Shown: positions 1 through 9,608 of the stretch, piece by piece | Numbering within the stretch: the first letter of the stretch is position 1 | How the letters are laid out: every line of letters starts with the position of its first letter | Source: Clostridiales bacterium | GTDB lineage: Bacteria > Bacillota > Clostridia > Lachnospirales > WRAX01 | Assembly (NCBI GenBank): GCA_031271375.1 | Contig: JAISVU010000175.1 | Span: 1-50,804 of the forward strand | Reading direction: 5' to 3' | Length of the DNA: 50,804 nt | Notes under the pieces: model-generated | Database searches by the model: none | Told to the model about the DNA's origin: nothing | The model's input: the letters and a program-made list of their open reading frames with translations, nothing else | Position numbers and translations under genes: made by a program

Positions 1-1
1 G

Positions 2-3000
2 ACCGAGGTTGTCGTCAGCAACCCCTCGGGATACATAATCACTGACATCGCGCTCTCTGGCTCCGGCGGGGGCGGCGTTGTGGTCACCCCAATAACTTCA
101 ATGATCCCCATTCTCAGACCCGGCGAATCGGAAGTCGTGCCGGTACATCTAAACGCGTTGAACGTGGCCACAGGCGGGAGCGGCGCCGACTGCACAATCA
201 CCGCCGTATATCAATACTCTGCGGACGGGGAAACCAATATGCAGCCCGGTACCGCCAGCGGCTTCGTCGCCGTATATGTTACCGACAAGCCGCAGGCCCC
301 CGGCCCCGCGACGCCGACGCCTGTACCAACCCCTGTGCCGGAGCGGGCGGCGGATCTTGTAATGACGTCCCCCGCCAGCTATATCACGACGAAGCCCGGC
401 GAATCCGTCAATATCGGCATCGTAATGCAGAACAACCATAAGACCAACATCGCCAGCAGCCTTGTCTTAACGACCGCGATGGCGGTGGACTTCAAGACAG
501 AGTTTGTGCGCAAGAGCCCCACCGTCATCCGCCCCGGCGAGAAGGACACGTTCTATTTCATCGTAACCCCCAGCGCAAACTGCAAGCCGGGTTATTACGA
601 CGTTCCGTTCAACTATCAGTATCAGGGCCCCGACAGCAAGACCTACAAGGGAACAGGCACTGTGAAGATCCAGGTGGAGGAATCGCCGGTGTCGCAGCCC
701 AGCCTGGTTATCGACGGCTTCGGAACCAGCGCAGATGTCATCAACGCGGGCGATTCATTTGAGGTTTTCGCCAATATAACCAACATGGGCAGCGGCGTAG
801 CCGAGTCCGTTGAGGTAACGGCCTCGGGCTTTACCACGCAGACCATTTCGCTCTCCGGGTCAGACACCGCGATATTACAGCCCATCGGTATCGGCCTCAG
901 CTCAAAAGCTACCTTTAACCTGTCGGCCAACGAAACTATGGCCGCCGGTGCATACCCGATCAAGTTCACGGTCACTTATAAAAACTCCGCCGGGGAAGAA
1001 AAGACATTCGAGAGCCAATACTACATAAACGTGGCTTACGAAGGCGGCGCGGCCAAACGCGCGCAGCTGGACACCTACACGTTTGAAATGACAAAAGGGC
1101 CTTTGGAAGTCGGCGACACGATAACCGTGAACTATGTCTTTGTCAATAACGGCTCCGCCCCAGCCGAGAACATCCGCGTAACCGCGAGGAACCCCGAGGG
1201 CGTGCTGGTTCCCACCAGCGATAATATACAGCTTGTGGATGAGCTGATCGAAGACGACGCCTACCAGATGATCTTTACGTTCACCCCCACGGAGGCCGCC
1301 AAGTCCCAAACCTACATGATAGAGATAGAGACGAAGTATGACACGGGCCGGAAGAACGCCGACGGCTCGGTCGAGACGCTGACATTCGTAAAGAACTCCG
1401 GCGCTTATGTGAGCAATCCTGAAGAGGAAGAGGAAGAAAACCGCGCCGGGACAGCACCGAGGGCGAGGCTCACGGTTACGGATATGACCGGCCCCGCCGA
1501 ATCCCTCGGCATCGGCGAGACAGGCGTCATTCAAATGACAATAAGGAATAGCGGCAACAGAGCCGCGACCAATATCAAGGTTGACGGCTCCGCAACAGGC
1601 GAGGCTTTGGCGGGGCTTGAGCATTCCTCTGTCGCGGTGCAGACCATCAGCGAGCTGCGTGCGGGGGAATCCCAAACGATAGAGTTCTCTTATACGCCCG
1701 GGCCAAGCGCGAAGTCCAAGACCTACACCATTCCTTACGCAATAGACTATGAGAACGGGCTGTTCACCACTGACGAACGGCGCGTAACGGAGAGCTTTTC
1801 GGCTTACGGGAGCATCAGCGTCCTGGGAGCGGACGACGACGGCGCCGCCGCCAACGTAATCGTATCGGCGTTCAAGAGCCCCGAAGGCTCCTACGACGTG
1901 GGCGAGAGCGGCTCGTTCACGCTGACGCTGGTAAACAACGGGGACAAGGCCGCGAAGAACATCAAGGTCAGCGCTCAGCCAGAGGCCGGGATAGTCCCTT
2001 CGCTGACCGGTAACATCCAGTCTGTAACCATTCTCGAGCCGGGAGCGGAGTATCAAATGACGTTCGCGTTTATGCCCGCTTCCTCGGCCAAGACCCAGGC
2101 CTACAGCGTGGGCTTCACGGTTGAGTACGAAAACGGGCGGCAGACATCCGACGGGCAGAACGAACGTATGACCTTCACTCAGTACGGGAGTTTCAGCGCA
2201 AGCGTCGCCGGGACCATTGACGACGGAAGGCGGGCAAGCCTCAGCCTCCAAAGCATTGTTAATCCCGAGGGGATCATCGGCCCGGACGGCAGGGGCATCT
2301 TCGAGCTGACTATCGAAAACACCGGGCAGAAGGCGGCGTCCAATATACGCGTATCCGTCGCGAACCTCCCCGGCGGCCTGACATACGCCTCCTCCAGCGC
2401 GAGAACTATAAACGGCATAGCGGCTGGCGCGTCGGCGACAGTGTCCTTTGAGCTTAAACCCAACGCCTCCGCCGTGACACAGACCTATACGCCGGAATTC
2501 ACGATAACCTACGAGAACGGCGGCCTTGCCGAAAACGGCAGGCATGAGACCGAGAGTTTTTCCGCCTACGGCAGCATGGAGGTCAATATACCGCCTACAG
2601 CCGGGGCAAAGCTGGTTGTCTCGCGGCTTTCCGCCCCCACGGGCGAGTATAATGTGGGCAGCGTGGGGACATTCAGCCTTACCGTGACGAACAGCGGCGA
2701 CAAGCCCGCGTCCAACGTGAAGCTGACGGCTCAGATACCCGAGGGTCTGGTACCCTCTTCCCCCAGCGTCCTTACCGAGACAGGGCTTGCGCCTGGGGAT
2801 TCGGCGGAGTTCAGCTTCTCCGTTATGCCTAGCAGCCAGGCCAGAACCCAGTTCTATGCGATAGGCTTCCAGGTGGATTACGAAAACGGCCTCGCCGGGG
2901 CCGACGGCAGACCGGAAACCGCCAGCTTTTCCCAGTATGGGAGCATGGACGTTAAAACGGACATAGGCGATGACGGAACCAGCGCGAACCTCAGCATTTC

Positions 3001-4423
3001 CGGGCTTGAAAGCCCCGAGGGAAGCTTCGCCATTGGTAAGAGCGGGGATATCCGGCTTACGCTGACCAATAACGGCGACAAGGCAGCCACAAATATCCGT
3101 ATCAGCGCCGCGCCTCCCGCAGGGATCGTGCCATCCTCGCCCAGCATACAATCTATTAACACGCTGGAGCCCGGGGCTTCCGTCGCGCTGACATTCTCCT
3201 TTATGCCCAGCTCCGACGCGAGAACCCAAACCTACGCTGTGGGCTTCGATGTAGAGTATGACACGGGGCGCAGCTTAACCGACGGGCAGAAGGAGCGGTC
3301 GAAGTTCTCCCAGTACGGGAGCATCGCCGCCAATGTCCCCGCCGAGTCCAGCGACGGCACGAAGAGCGTTCCCAAGATAATTCTGAGCGAGTATAAGATC
3401 ATCAGCGATAATGAAGAGAACCCGCTTATCGTACAGGCGGGCCATGAGTTCGACGTGTATCTCCGCATAAAGAACACGCACCCGACAAAGACGGTTAAGA
3501 ATATCATCGTCTCCCTCAGCGTGCCGGACAGCGCCACCGCCACAGGCACAACCGCAACAAACAACGTCTTCACGCCGGTGAACGCGAGCAACTCCTTCTA
3601 CATCGACGAAATCGAGCCGGGCGGCGAGCTGGAAAAAACCATCAGGATGTTCTGCCTTAATAACGCCGTGGGCAAGAACTATACGATGCTGGCCAAATTC
3701 AACTACGAGGATGACGACGGCAACGCCCACACCGCTACCGAGGAATTCGGAATAACCGTAAGCCAGATAGACGAACTGGACATCGAGGCGATCCCCTTCC
3801 CCGAAATGATGTATGTGGGCAGCGAGCATTACCTCTTCTTCTATTTCCGCAACACCGGGTTTGTTACGCTGCGCAACCTGAAGATAATCGCCGAGGGCGA
3901 GGGGTTTGAGTGGAACAACGCGAACCTTCTTGTCGGTCACTTCACCTCGGGCAGCTCCGATTACTTCGACGCAAGCCTTACGGCGATTGAACCCGGCGAG
4001 CATACAATCAAGATCACGGCGACATATTCCCTGGATACCGGCGAGGAAATAGAACTGGTTGAAGAAGGCGTCGTAAACGTAATGGACATGGGCGGCGACC
4101 CGTCTATGGCTGGATATAACGGTATGGGCGGCGGCCGGGTTGTCTCGATGTCCGGCGGCGGCGGTGTGGTGATTGTTGACGGCGGAATGGGCGGCGATAT
4201 GATGGGCGGCGGCTCCGGCTTTGACCCGATGACCGGGGAGCCTATCGACGGCATGGGCGGCGGAACCGAAAGCGGGTTCGTGGGCTGGGTTAAAGGCGTG
4301 TTTAATTACTTTAACGCCAATGTATGGCCCTGGGTCGTAACCGGCGCCGTAATCGCCGCAGGCGTGTCCGTCGTGCTTGTTCGCCGCATTAGGCGGAGAA
4401 GGGCCTTCTCGCTGGAGGATTAG
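2..4423 (+). CDS. Giant repetitive cell-surface protein (10 or more CARDB/COG1361-like Ig-fold modules, Gly/Met-rich linker, C-terminal TM anchor); the 5' end runs off the window
   Basis: The frame is open from nt 2, with no stop before the listed GTG at 80. A module signature recurs: G-x-S/T-G-x-F-x-L-T-L/V-x-N-x-G-x-x-x-A-x-N-I/V ... Y-x-V/I-x-F-x-V-x-Y-E-N-G ... F-S-x-Y-G-S. Its period is about 375 nt between ~1430 and ~3330, with more divergent copies on both sides. A hydrophobic helix VWPWVVTGAVIAAGVSVVLV followed by RRIRRRR lies at 4322-4402. Confidence 0.75.
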   Translation, partial: TEVVVSNPSGYIITDIALSGSGGGGVVVTPITSMIPILRPGESEVVPVHLNALNVATGGSGADCTITAVYQYSADGETNMQPGTASGFVAVYVTDKPQAPGPATPTPVPTPVPERAADLVMTSPASYITTKPGESVNIGIVMQNNHKTNIASSLVLTTAMAVDFKTEFVRKSPTVIRPGEKDTFYFIVTPSANCKPGYYDVPFNYQYQGPDSKTYKGTGTVKIQVEESPVSQPSLVIDGFGTSADVINAGDSFEVFANITNMGSGVAESVEVTASGFTTQTISLSGSDTAILQPIGIGLSSKATFNLSANETMAAGAYPIKFTVTYKNSAGEEKTFESQYYINVAYEGGAAKRAQLDTYTFEMTKGPLEVGDTITVNYVFVNNGSAPAENIRVTARNPEGVLVPTSDNIQLVDELIEDDAYQMIFTFTPTEAAKSQTYMIEIETKYDTGRKNADGSVETLTFVKNSGAYVSNPEEEEEENRAGTAPRARLTVTDMTGPAESLGIGETGVIQMTIRNSGNRAATNIKVDGSATGEALAGLEHSSVAVQTISELRAGESQTIEFSYTPGPSAKSKTYTIPYAIDYENGLFTTDERRVTESFSAYGSISVLGADDDGAAANVIVSAFKSPEGSYDVGESGSFTLTLVNNGDKAAKNIKVSAQPEAGIVPSLTGNIQSVTILEPGAEYQMTFAFMPASSAKTQAYSVGFTVEYENGRQTSDGQNERMTFTQYGSFSASVAGTIDDGRRASLSLQSIVNPEGIIGPDGRGIFELTIENTGQKAASNIRVSVANLPGGLTYASSSARTINGIAAGASATVSFELKPNASAVTQTYTPEFTITYENGGLAENGRHETESFSAYGSMEVNIPPTAGAKLVVSRLSAPTGEYNVGSVGTFSLTVTNSGDKPASNVKLTAQIPEGLVPSSPSVLTETGLAPGDSAEFSFSVMPSSQARTQFYAIGFQVDYENGLAGADGRPETASFSQYGSMDVKTDIGDDGTSANLSISGLESPEGSFAIGKSGDIRLTLTNNGDKAATNIRISAAPPAGIVPSSPSIQSINTLEPGASVALTFSFMPSSDARTQTYAVGFDVEYDTGRSLTDGQKERSKFSQYGSIAANVPAESSDGTKSVPKIILSEYKIISDNEENPLIVQAGHEFDVYLRIKNTHPTKTVKNIIVSLSVPDSATATGTTATNNVFTPVNASNSFYIDEIEPGGELEKTIRMFCLNNAVGKNYTMLAKFNYEDDDGNAHTATEEFGITVSQIDELDIEAIPFPEMMYVGSEHYLFFYFRNTGFVTLRNLKIIAEGEGFEWNNANLLVGHFTSGSSDYFDASLTAIEPGEHTIKITATYSLDTGEEIELVEEGVVNVMDMGGDPSMAGYNGMGGGRVVSMSGGGGVVIVDGGMGGDMMGGGSGFDPMTGEPIDGMGGGTESGFVGWVKGVFNYFNANVWPWVVTGAVIAAGVSVVLVRRIRRRRAFSLED

Positions 4424-4446
4424 TATATAAAGGTTAAGGTGGAATT

Positions 4447-5838
4447 ATGAGCGCTTTCGACACATTAAGCATGGCTCTTAAAAATCTGTATAAACGCAAG
4501 CTGCGCACCTTCCTTACGGTTCTTGGCGTTATCGTGGGCTCCTGCGCAATCATAATCATGATTTCGCTGGGCCTCGCGATAAACAAAAGCTTTGAGGACC
4601 GCATGATGACCACGCCGAACGCGACGACCATCATGATATATAACTGGGAGGTCTACAACGGACAGGACAAGGTATCGCCCGCCGTTGACGACGCAGCGCT
4701 TGCCAAGATCGCCCAGATACCGGATGTCGAAGCAGTCACGCCCTGGCTGAATAACTACGTTGCGGTCAAGGCGGGCCGCTAGTCCGCCGAGGTTCAAATA
4801 ATCGGCGTTATCCCCGAAGCCCTGCCCGCTATGGGCATAACGCTGCAGGAAGGGCAGTTCCTGCAATCAAAGGACGAATGGGGCATGATGTTCGGCTCCG
4901 CGGTAGCGCAGAACTTTATGACCGCAAGGGAGCGCAATAACTGGTACATGCAGATGAACCGGGATCCGAACGCGAAGCCCAAGGTTGATTTGATGAATGA
5001 CCGTTTGCAAGCCTCCGCCGATTACAGCTTCGGCATGGAAACCAATACCCCGGTTGAGGAAGGCTACGAAGGATATGAGGGCGAGAGCCAAAACGCCCAG
5101 CCGCCGGTAAAGCCTCATAACGTCAACGCCGTCGCCATTATGGCCCCCGGCGACGATTATGAGACGACCAGCGCGGCGTTTATGAACATTAAAACCGTGC
5201 AGCTGCTTATGAAGGAACGCGAGGAGATGTGGGGCCGTCAAGCCCGGGAATATAACGGTTATGAGGTAACGCGGATTAAAGCGACGACCGTCGCCGCTGT
5301 TGAAAATATCACGGCGGCCTTGCAGGATATGGGCTTTTCAGAGAATATTATTCAAACCCCCACGTCTTACATCTCCGAGCTAAAGGGGACGATGGCCAGC
5401 CTTCAGACGCTTCTTGGGGCTATGGGCATTATCTCCCTCTTTATCGCTACGATCGGCATATCCAACACTATGGTAATGTCGACGGTGGAGCGCACGCGCG
5501 AGATCGGCGTAATGAAGGTTATCGGCGCATCCCTGCGGGATATCCGCAAGCTCTTCCTGCTGGAGGCTGCTATAATCGGCTTCCTGGGCGGTCTGCTGGG
5601 CGTCGGGGTGAGCTATATCGCCTCGTTTATACTAAACAACAACGGCCAGTCCCTGTTCGCCTTCATGGACGCCTACAGCTATTACGGCGAGATGATGTCC
5701 AGCGACGTTTCAATCATACCCATATGGTTAAGCGCGGCTTCGCTCGGCTTCGCCGCCATAATCGGGCTTATAGCGGGGTTCTTCCCGGCCCAGCGCGCCA
5801 CTACGATAAGCGCTCTGTCGGCTATAAGGGCGGAGTAA
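4447..5838 (+). pseudogene. MacB/FtsX-family ABC transporter permease interrupted by one in-frame TAG (4780-4782)
   Basis: ORFs 4447-4782 and 4831-5838 share one frame. The N-terminal TM1 reads RKLRTFLTVLGVIVGSCAIIIM. The sequence across the stop (AGR*SAEVQIIGVIPEALPAMGITLQEGQFL) reads like a MacB periplasmic domain. The C-terminus has an FtsX domain (TREIGVMKVIGASLRDIRKLFLLEA) plus TM helices. An AAGGTGG RBS precedes ATG 4447. Confidence 0.8.
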
Positions 5839-5851
5839 GCGGTAAAAAATA

Positions 5852-6487
5852 ATGGGTGAATCGATGATACGTAACCCGGTTAAATTATACATAAAATCCG
5901 ACACACTTACCCCTCGCATCGCTCTCCACGATAAATACAGCGTCAATAAATACGGCTTCGCCAACTGGGTCTTTGACCAGTACGTTTTAAGAGAAGGCAT
6001 GAACGTGCTGGAACTGGGCTGCGGGACGGCGTCGGGCTGGGCCGGAAGGGTTACTCTGCCCGTTGGCATAAACGTGTGCCTTTCGGATTTCTCGCCGCTT
6101 ATGGTAAAGAAGGCTGAAGACGCGCTGGGGGATAACCCCGCTTTCTCGTTTAAAGAGATTGATATACAGGATATCCCATTTAAAGGGCAGTCATTTGACT
6201 TGGTTATAGCGAATCATATGCTGTATCATGTGCCGGACATAAACAAGGCCCTGTCGGAGGTTTCACGAGTGCTTAAACCATCGGGCCGGTTCTGCGCGAC
6301 GACGATCGGCTGGGATTCACTAAAAGAATTGAGCGATATGTACCGTAAGATGGACTATATTAATTCATACAACGATATCCCCGCAAATGCTGAGGAAGAG
6401 CTGCGCGGTTATATCAACGCCCAATTCATTGACGGGGTTTTCAAGATACGCAAAACACAGGGAATGTTCATCTCATCCCTCATTTAA
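5852..6487 (+). CDS. Class I SAM-dependent methyltransferase
   Basis: It has SAM-binding motif I VLELGCGTASGW, an acidic loop CLSDFS, and the motifs LVIANHMLYHV and LKPSGRF typical of Methyltransf_11/25-type enzymes. Confidence 0.75.
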   Translation: MGESMIRNPVKLYIKSDTLTPRIALHDKYSVNKYGFANWVFDQYVLREGMNVLELGCGTASGWAGRVTLPVGINVCLSDFSPLMVKKAEDALGDNPAFSFKEIDIQDIPFKGQSFDLVIANHMLYHVPDINKALSEVSRVLKPSGRFCATTIGWDSLKELSDMYRKMDYINSYNDIPANAEEELRGYINAQFIDGVFKIRKTQGMFISSLI

Positions 6488-6875
6488 CATATTCACGCCA
6501 ATTAAGGTCGCCCTGCTCCAGAGCCAGAATCAGCACCTCGGCGGTCGCCAGGTTCGACGCGAGGGGAATATTGTGCGTGTCGCAAAGCCTCGCCACCTCG
6601 TTAAAATCCGATTCCGGCAATATACGCACGTCCGGGTTGCACAGGAACACAACCAAGTCTATGTCGTTATGGGATATCTGCACGCAGAGCTGCTTCTCGC
6701 CGCCCACATGGCCGGGCAGGTATTTGTTCAGCACAAGCCCGGTGGCCTCCTCGATAAGCCAGCCCGTAGTACCCGTGGCGAACACATTGTGCTTACTCAG
6801 CACATGCCTATAGGCGATGCAGAAGTTCTCCATCAATATCTTTTTACTGTCATGGGCCACCAGCGCTATGTTCAT
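6480..6875 (-). CDS. mgsA: Methylglyoxal synthase
   Basis: The 131-aa product from the internal ATG at 6875 starts MNIALVAHDSKK and contains ATGTTG and HNDIDLVVFL..D..HNIPLASNLATAE. The listed 221-aa ORF start would overlap rodA and is rejected. Confidence 0.9.
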   Translation of the reverse strand: MNIALVAHDSKKILMENFCIAYRHVLSKHNVFATGTTGWLIEEATGLVLNKYLPGHVGGEKQLCVQISHNDIDLVVFLCNPDVRILPESDFNEVARLCDTHNIPLASNLATAEVLILALEQGDLNWREYVK

Positions 6876-6898
6876 ATGCCACTCCCGATCCTTATCTG

Positions 6899-8056
6899 TT
6901 AATCTGTAAACAGCGTATTCTTTGTCCTCTTCATGCCTATATTGATAACCATTCCGATTGCGGCAAGGTTTATCCACATGGAACTCCCCCCGGCGCTTAC
7001 GAATGGCAGCGGTATGCCCGTATTGGGCAAAAGCCATGTCGTTACCCCGATGTGGACGAAAGCCTGGGCTCCTATCATTGCCCCTACCCCAGAGGCTATA
7101 AGCCTGCCGGAAAAGCTCTCGGCCCTCCAAGCCACATAGAAACACTTAGCCACCAGCGCAAGTATCACAAGTATAACCAATACACAACCAGCGAACCCAA
7201 ATTCGGCGCCGATTATAGAAAAAATAAAGTCGTTGAAGGCCAGGGGAACCGTCACCGTGTTCTTAAACAACCCCTTGCCCACAAGCTGCCCGGAACCGAT
7301 AGCCTTCACAGACTGCTCAGACTGGTACAGATCGTTCGGGTCAACCTCGCCGATGCCGAAAAAGGGCTTTATGCGATCCTCAAGCTGATAGGTCAAAATC
7401 TTGTCTATGATAATCGGATCTTCCCTGTTGAGGTCAAACCACATAAAGGCCGCGAGAGGCACAATCACAGCGAGGCCTATCAGGATATACTTATATTTAA
7501 CGCCGCCAACGAATAATAATACCAGCAAAATAATCGTCTGCAGTATGCTTGCGGACAGGGCGGGCTCCAAAAAAATCATAACAATCGGCAGAAGCCCAAA
7601 GGCGAGAACCGATAAAAGTATAAGTATATTATTGATTCTTTCGCCGATTTTGTCAATGTATTTGGCTAAGAAAATCAACATGAAAATCTTGGCGAACTCC
7701 GACGGCTGGATGCTGAACTCCCTCGATCCCAGGTTAATGAAAAGCCACCGGGCCGTGGAGGGCGGCGGCGGCTGTAACGCCTCGGAAAGCAGCAGCAGCC
7801 CTATCATTATTACATATAACGGAATATAGAGCTTGCACAGCACCTCGAAGTCGATAAGGGACACCGTAACCATCACGACGAAACCGGACACAAGCCACAT
7901 TATCTGCGCATTGAATGTGGACGACATAACACCGTCGCCAAGTCCGGTGGCGCTGCCGATAACCAGCACCCCAAAACCCGAGAGCACCAGCACAAGAGCC
8001 GCCAGCGCATAGTCATAAACGGACAGTATCCGTCTTATACGCTCGCTTATAATCAA
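6899..8056 (-). CDS. rodA: FtsW/RodA/SpoVE-family peptidoglycan polymerase (RodA by context)
   Basis: It is a polytopic membrane protein with SEFAKI, FIFSIIGAEFGF and PLPFVSAGGSS motifs. It lies directly after minCDE in the mre/min cluster. Confidence 0.85.
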   Translation of the reverse strand: MIISERIRRILSVYDYALAALVLVLSGFGVLVIGSATGLGDGVMSSTFNAQIMWLVSGFVVMVTVSLIDFEVLCKLYIPLYVIMIGLLLLSEALQPPPPSTARWLFINLGSREFSIQPSEFAKIFMLIFLAKYIDKIGERINNILILLSVLAFGLLPIVMIFLEPALSASILQTIILLVLLFVGGVKYKYILIGLAVIVPLAAFMWFDLNREDPIIIDKILTYQLEDRIKPFFGIGEVDPNDLYQSEQSVKAIGSGQLVGKGLFKNTVTVPLAFNDFIFSIIGAEFGFAGCVLVILVILALVAKCFYVAWRAESFSGRLIASGVGAMIGAQAFVHIGVTTWLLPNTGIPLPFVSAGGSSMWINLAAIGMVINIGMKRTKNTLFTD

Positions 8057-8319
8057 CGCGCGACCTTTCTTAGGGCTTTTACAGGGATATTGGCGGTGAG
8101 CACGGGTTTACCGTCCCGTTCCGAAAAACTTTGGGCGATTTGAATGTCCATCTCGCTCTCGTCAAAGTCCACATATTGCGCTATGACTTTGAGGATGTCG
8201 TTTTTCATCATCTCCAGCATCTCGGTGCTGCAGTTAAGCCTGTCCTGGGTCAACACCAGTTTGAGCCTGGACTTTGCCAAATCCTTAGACTTTTTATTTC
8301 TGTTAAAGAATGAGAACAT
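8053..8319 (-). CDS. minE: Cell division topological specificity factor MinE
   Basis: The product is 88 aa and its N-terminus reads FFNRNKKSKDLAKSRLKLVLTQDR. It sits immediately downstream of minD, and its stop overlaps the rodA start by 4 nt. Confidence 0.85.
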   Translation of the reverse strand: MFSFFNRNKKSKDLAKSRLKLVLTQDRLNCSTEMLEMMKNDILKVIAQYVDFDESEMDIQIAQSFSERDGKPVLTANIPVKALRKVAR

Positions 8320-8335
8320 GTATTAACCCCCGTTT

Positions 8336-9130
8336 TTAGCTAAGTCCAAAATAGCTCTTGAGCTTCGCGAAGAAGCCCTTGTCGCCCAGGTAATTCATCA
8401 GCGGCACATCGTTTCCAAGAATCCGCTCGGTTATGTTATTAAATGCCTGACCCGCCTTTGATATCGGATTGGTGATGGCGGGTTCTCCCTTGTTCGTAGC
8501 GATGACGATGGACTCATCGTCCGGCACAACACCCAGAACCTCAATGGCCAGTATATCCGTAACATCGTCCAGATTCATCATATCGCCGCGCTTTACCATG
8601 TCGGCCCGTATGCGGTTTAAAATCAACTTGGTGCTCTTTATCTCGGCGGCTTCCAAAAGGCCTATAATCCGATCCGCGTCCCTGACGGCGCTTACCTCGG
8701 GCGTGGTGACGACAACGGCGCGGTCGGCCCCGGATATGGCGTTTTTAAACCCTTGCTCAATCCCTGCGGGGCAGTCCACCAGAACAAAATCAAACTCTTC
8801 CTTCATGCTATCTGTGAGCTTTTTCATCTGTTCGGGGTTTACGGCGGTTTTATCCCTCGTCTGTGCGGCGGGAAGCAAGAACAGCTCGGGGAAACGCTTA
8901 TCCCGTATAAGGGCCTGCTTCAAGCGGCAATGCCCTTCCACCACATCCACCAGATCGTATACGATGCGGTTCTCCAAGCCCATTACCACGTCCAGATTCC
9001 TAAGCCCGATGTCGGCGTCGACCAGGACGACCTTCTTGCCCTTCATTGCCAGACCGACGCCCAGGTTGGCGCTGGTAGTGGTTTTACCTACGCCGCCCTT
9101 TCCCGATGTAATTACCAGAACCTCTCCCAT
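8336..9130 (-). CDS. minD: Septum site-determining ATPase MinD
   Basis: It has the deviant Walker A ITSGKGGVGKTT, the DADIGLRNLD motif, and a C-terminal amphipathic helix FFAKLKSYFG. An AGGAGGA RBS lies upstream. Confidence 0.95.
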   Translation of the reverse strand: MGEVLVITSGKGGVGKTTTSANLGVGLAMKGKKVVLVDADIGLRNLDVVMGLENRIVYDLVDVVEGHCRLKQALIRDKRFPELFLLPAAQTRDKTAVNPEQMKKLTDSMKEEFDFVLVDCPAGIEQGFKNAISGADRAVVVTTPEVSAVRDADRIIGLLEAAEIKSTKLILNRIRADMVKRGDMMNLDDVTDILAIEVLGVVPDDESIVIATNKGEPAITNPISKAGQAFNNITERILGNDVPLMNYLGDKGFFAKLKSYFGLS

Positions 9131-9217
9131 GTATATTTCCTCCTATGTATACTCATGGTTAAATAATAACAGATGATGAAGGGCGTTGTCAATATTGCCG
9201 TTGAGGGCTTCGCTACC

Positions 9218-9391
9218 TCAAGACCGAAATGGGTTAATTATAAGTAACCTACTGTTTATCGTCTGTCCGTGACTCATGTCTTCCGATCTTTCCACTGCCT
9301 CGTATGCAATTTCCCGTTTTATACTTTCATCTTCCGAATACAGGTAAACAATTATATTAGTGTCAAGGAATACTCTGCTCCTACCGTTCAT
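9218..9391 (-). pseudogene. Truncated PIN-domain (VapC-like) toxin remnant, 57 codons
   Basis: My own translation of the minus strand gives MNGRSRVFLDTNIIVYLYSEDESIKREIAYEAVERSEDMSHGQTINSRLLIINPFRS*. VFLDTNIIVY is the canonical PIN N-terminal acidic motif. The ATG overlaps the stop of the upstream antitoxin ORF. The length is under half of a normal ~130-aa PIN protein. It is absent from the ORF track because it is shorter than 60 aa. Confidence 0.55.
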
Positions 9392-9608
9392 TGGCTTCCT
9401 CCCGGTTAAATTTCCATCCTTTAGTTTTTAATGTCGGCGGGGTCAATGAAGCCGTTTTCCTTCTCTTGCTCGCTTCTTGTCTGTCTTTCTGCTCAGTCTC
9501 CGTACCGATTATAATAACCTTAACATTATCCACTATATCTTCCCTGTAATCCTCAGGTATCTCAATAATCCCGTTAACAGGCTTCGCGTAGAATTCGTAT
9601 GTCTTCAT
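9381..9608 (-). CDS. Putative antitoxin of a VapBC-like module
   Basis: The product is 75 aa with a strong AAGGAGAG RBS. It is translationally coupled to the PIN remnant and has a charged, disordered C-terminal half. The assignment rests on context only. Confidence 0.45.
   Translation of the reverse strand: MKTYEFYAKPVNGIIEIPEDYREDIVDNVKVIIIGTETEQKDRQEASKRRKTASLTPPTLKTKGWKFNREEANER

Noticed and set aside
902-3229. A 775-aa ORF, plus several 90-240-aa ORFs at 149-4254, antisense to the giant surface protein gene
   Set aside because: These are shadow ORFs produced by GC-rich, repeat-rich coding sequence on the other strand. The products are Arg/Gly/Ala-rich low-complexity sequences with no motifs or RBS, and the plus-strand frame has clear domain structure.
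6387-7145. ORF 6387-6902 (+) and the long 221-aa version of the minus-strand ORF 6480-7145
   Set aside because: The plus-strand ORF is antisense to mgsA. The 5' extension of the minus ORF overlaps the rodA coding region, whereas the internal ATG at 6875 gives a canonical 131-aa methylglyoxal synthase.
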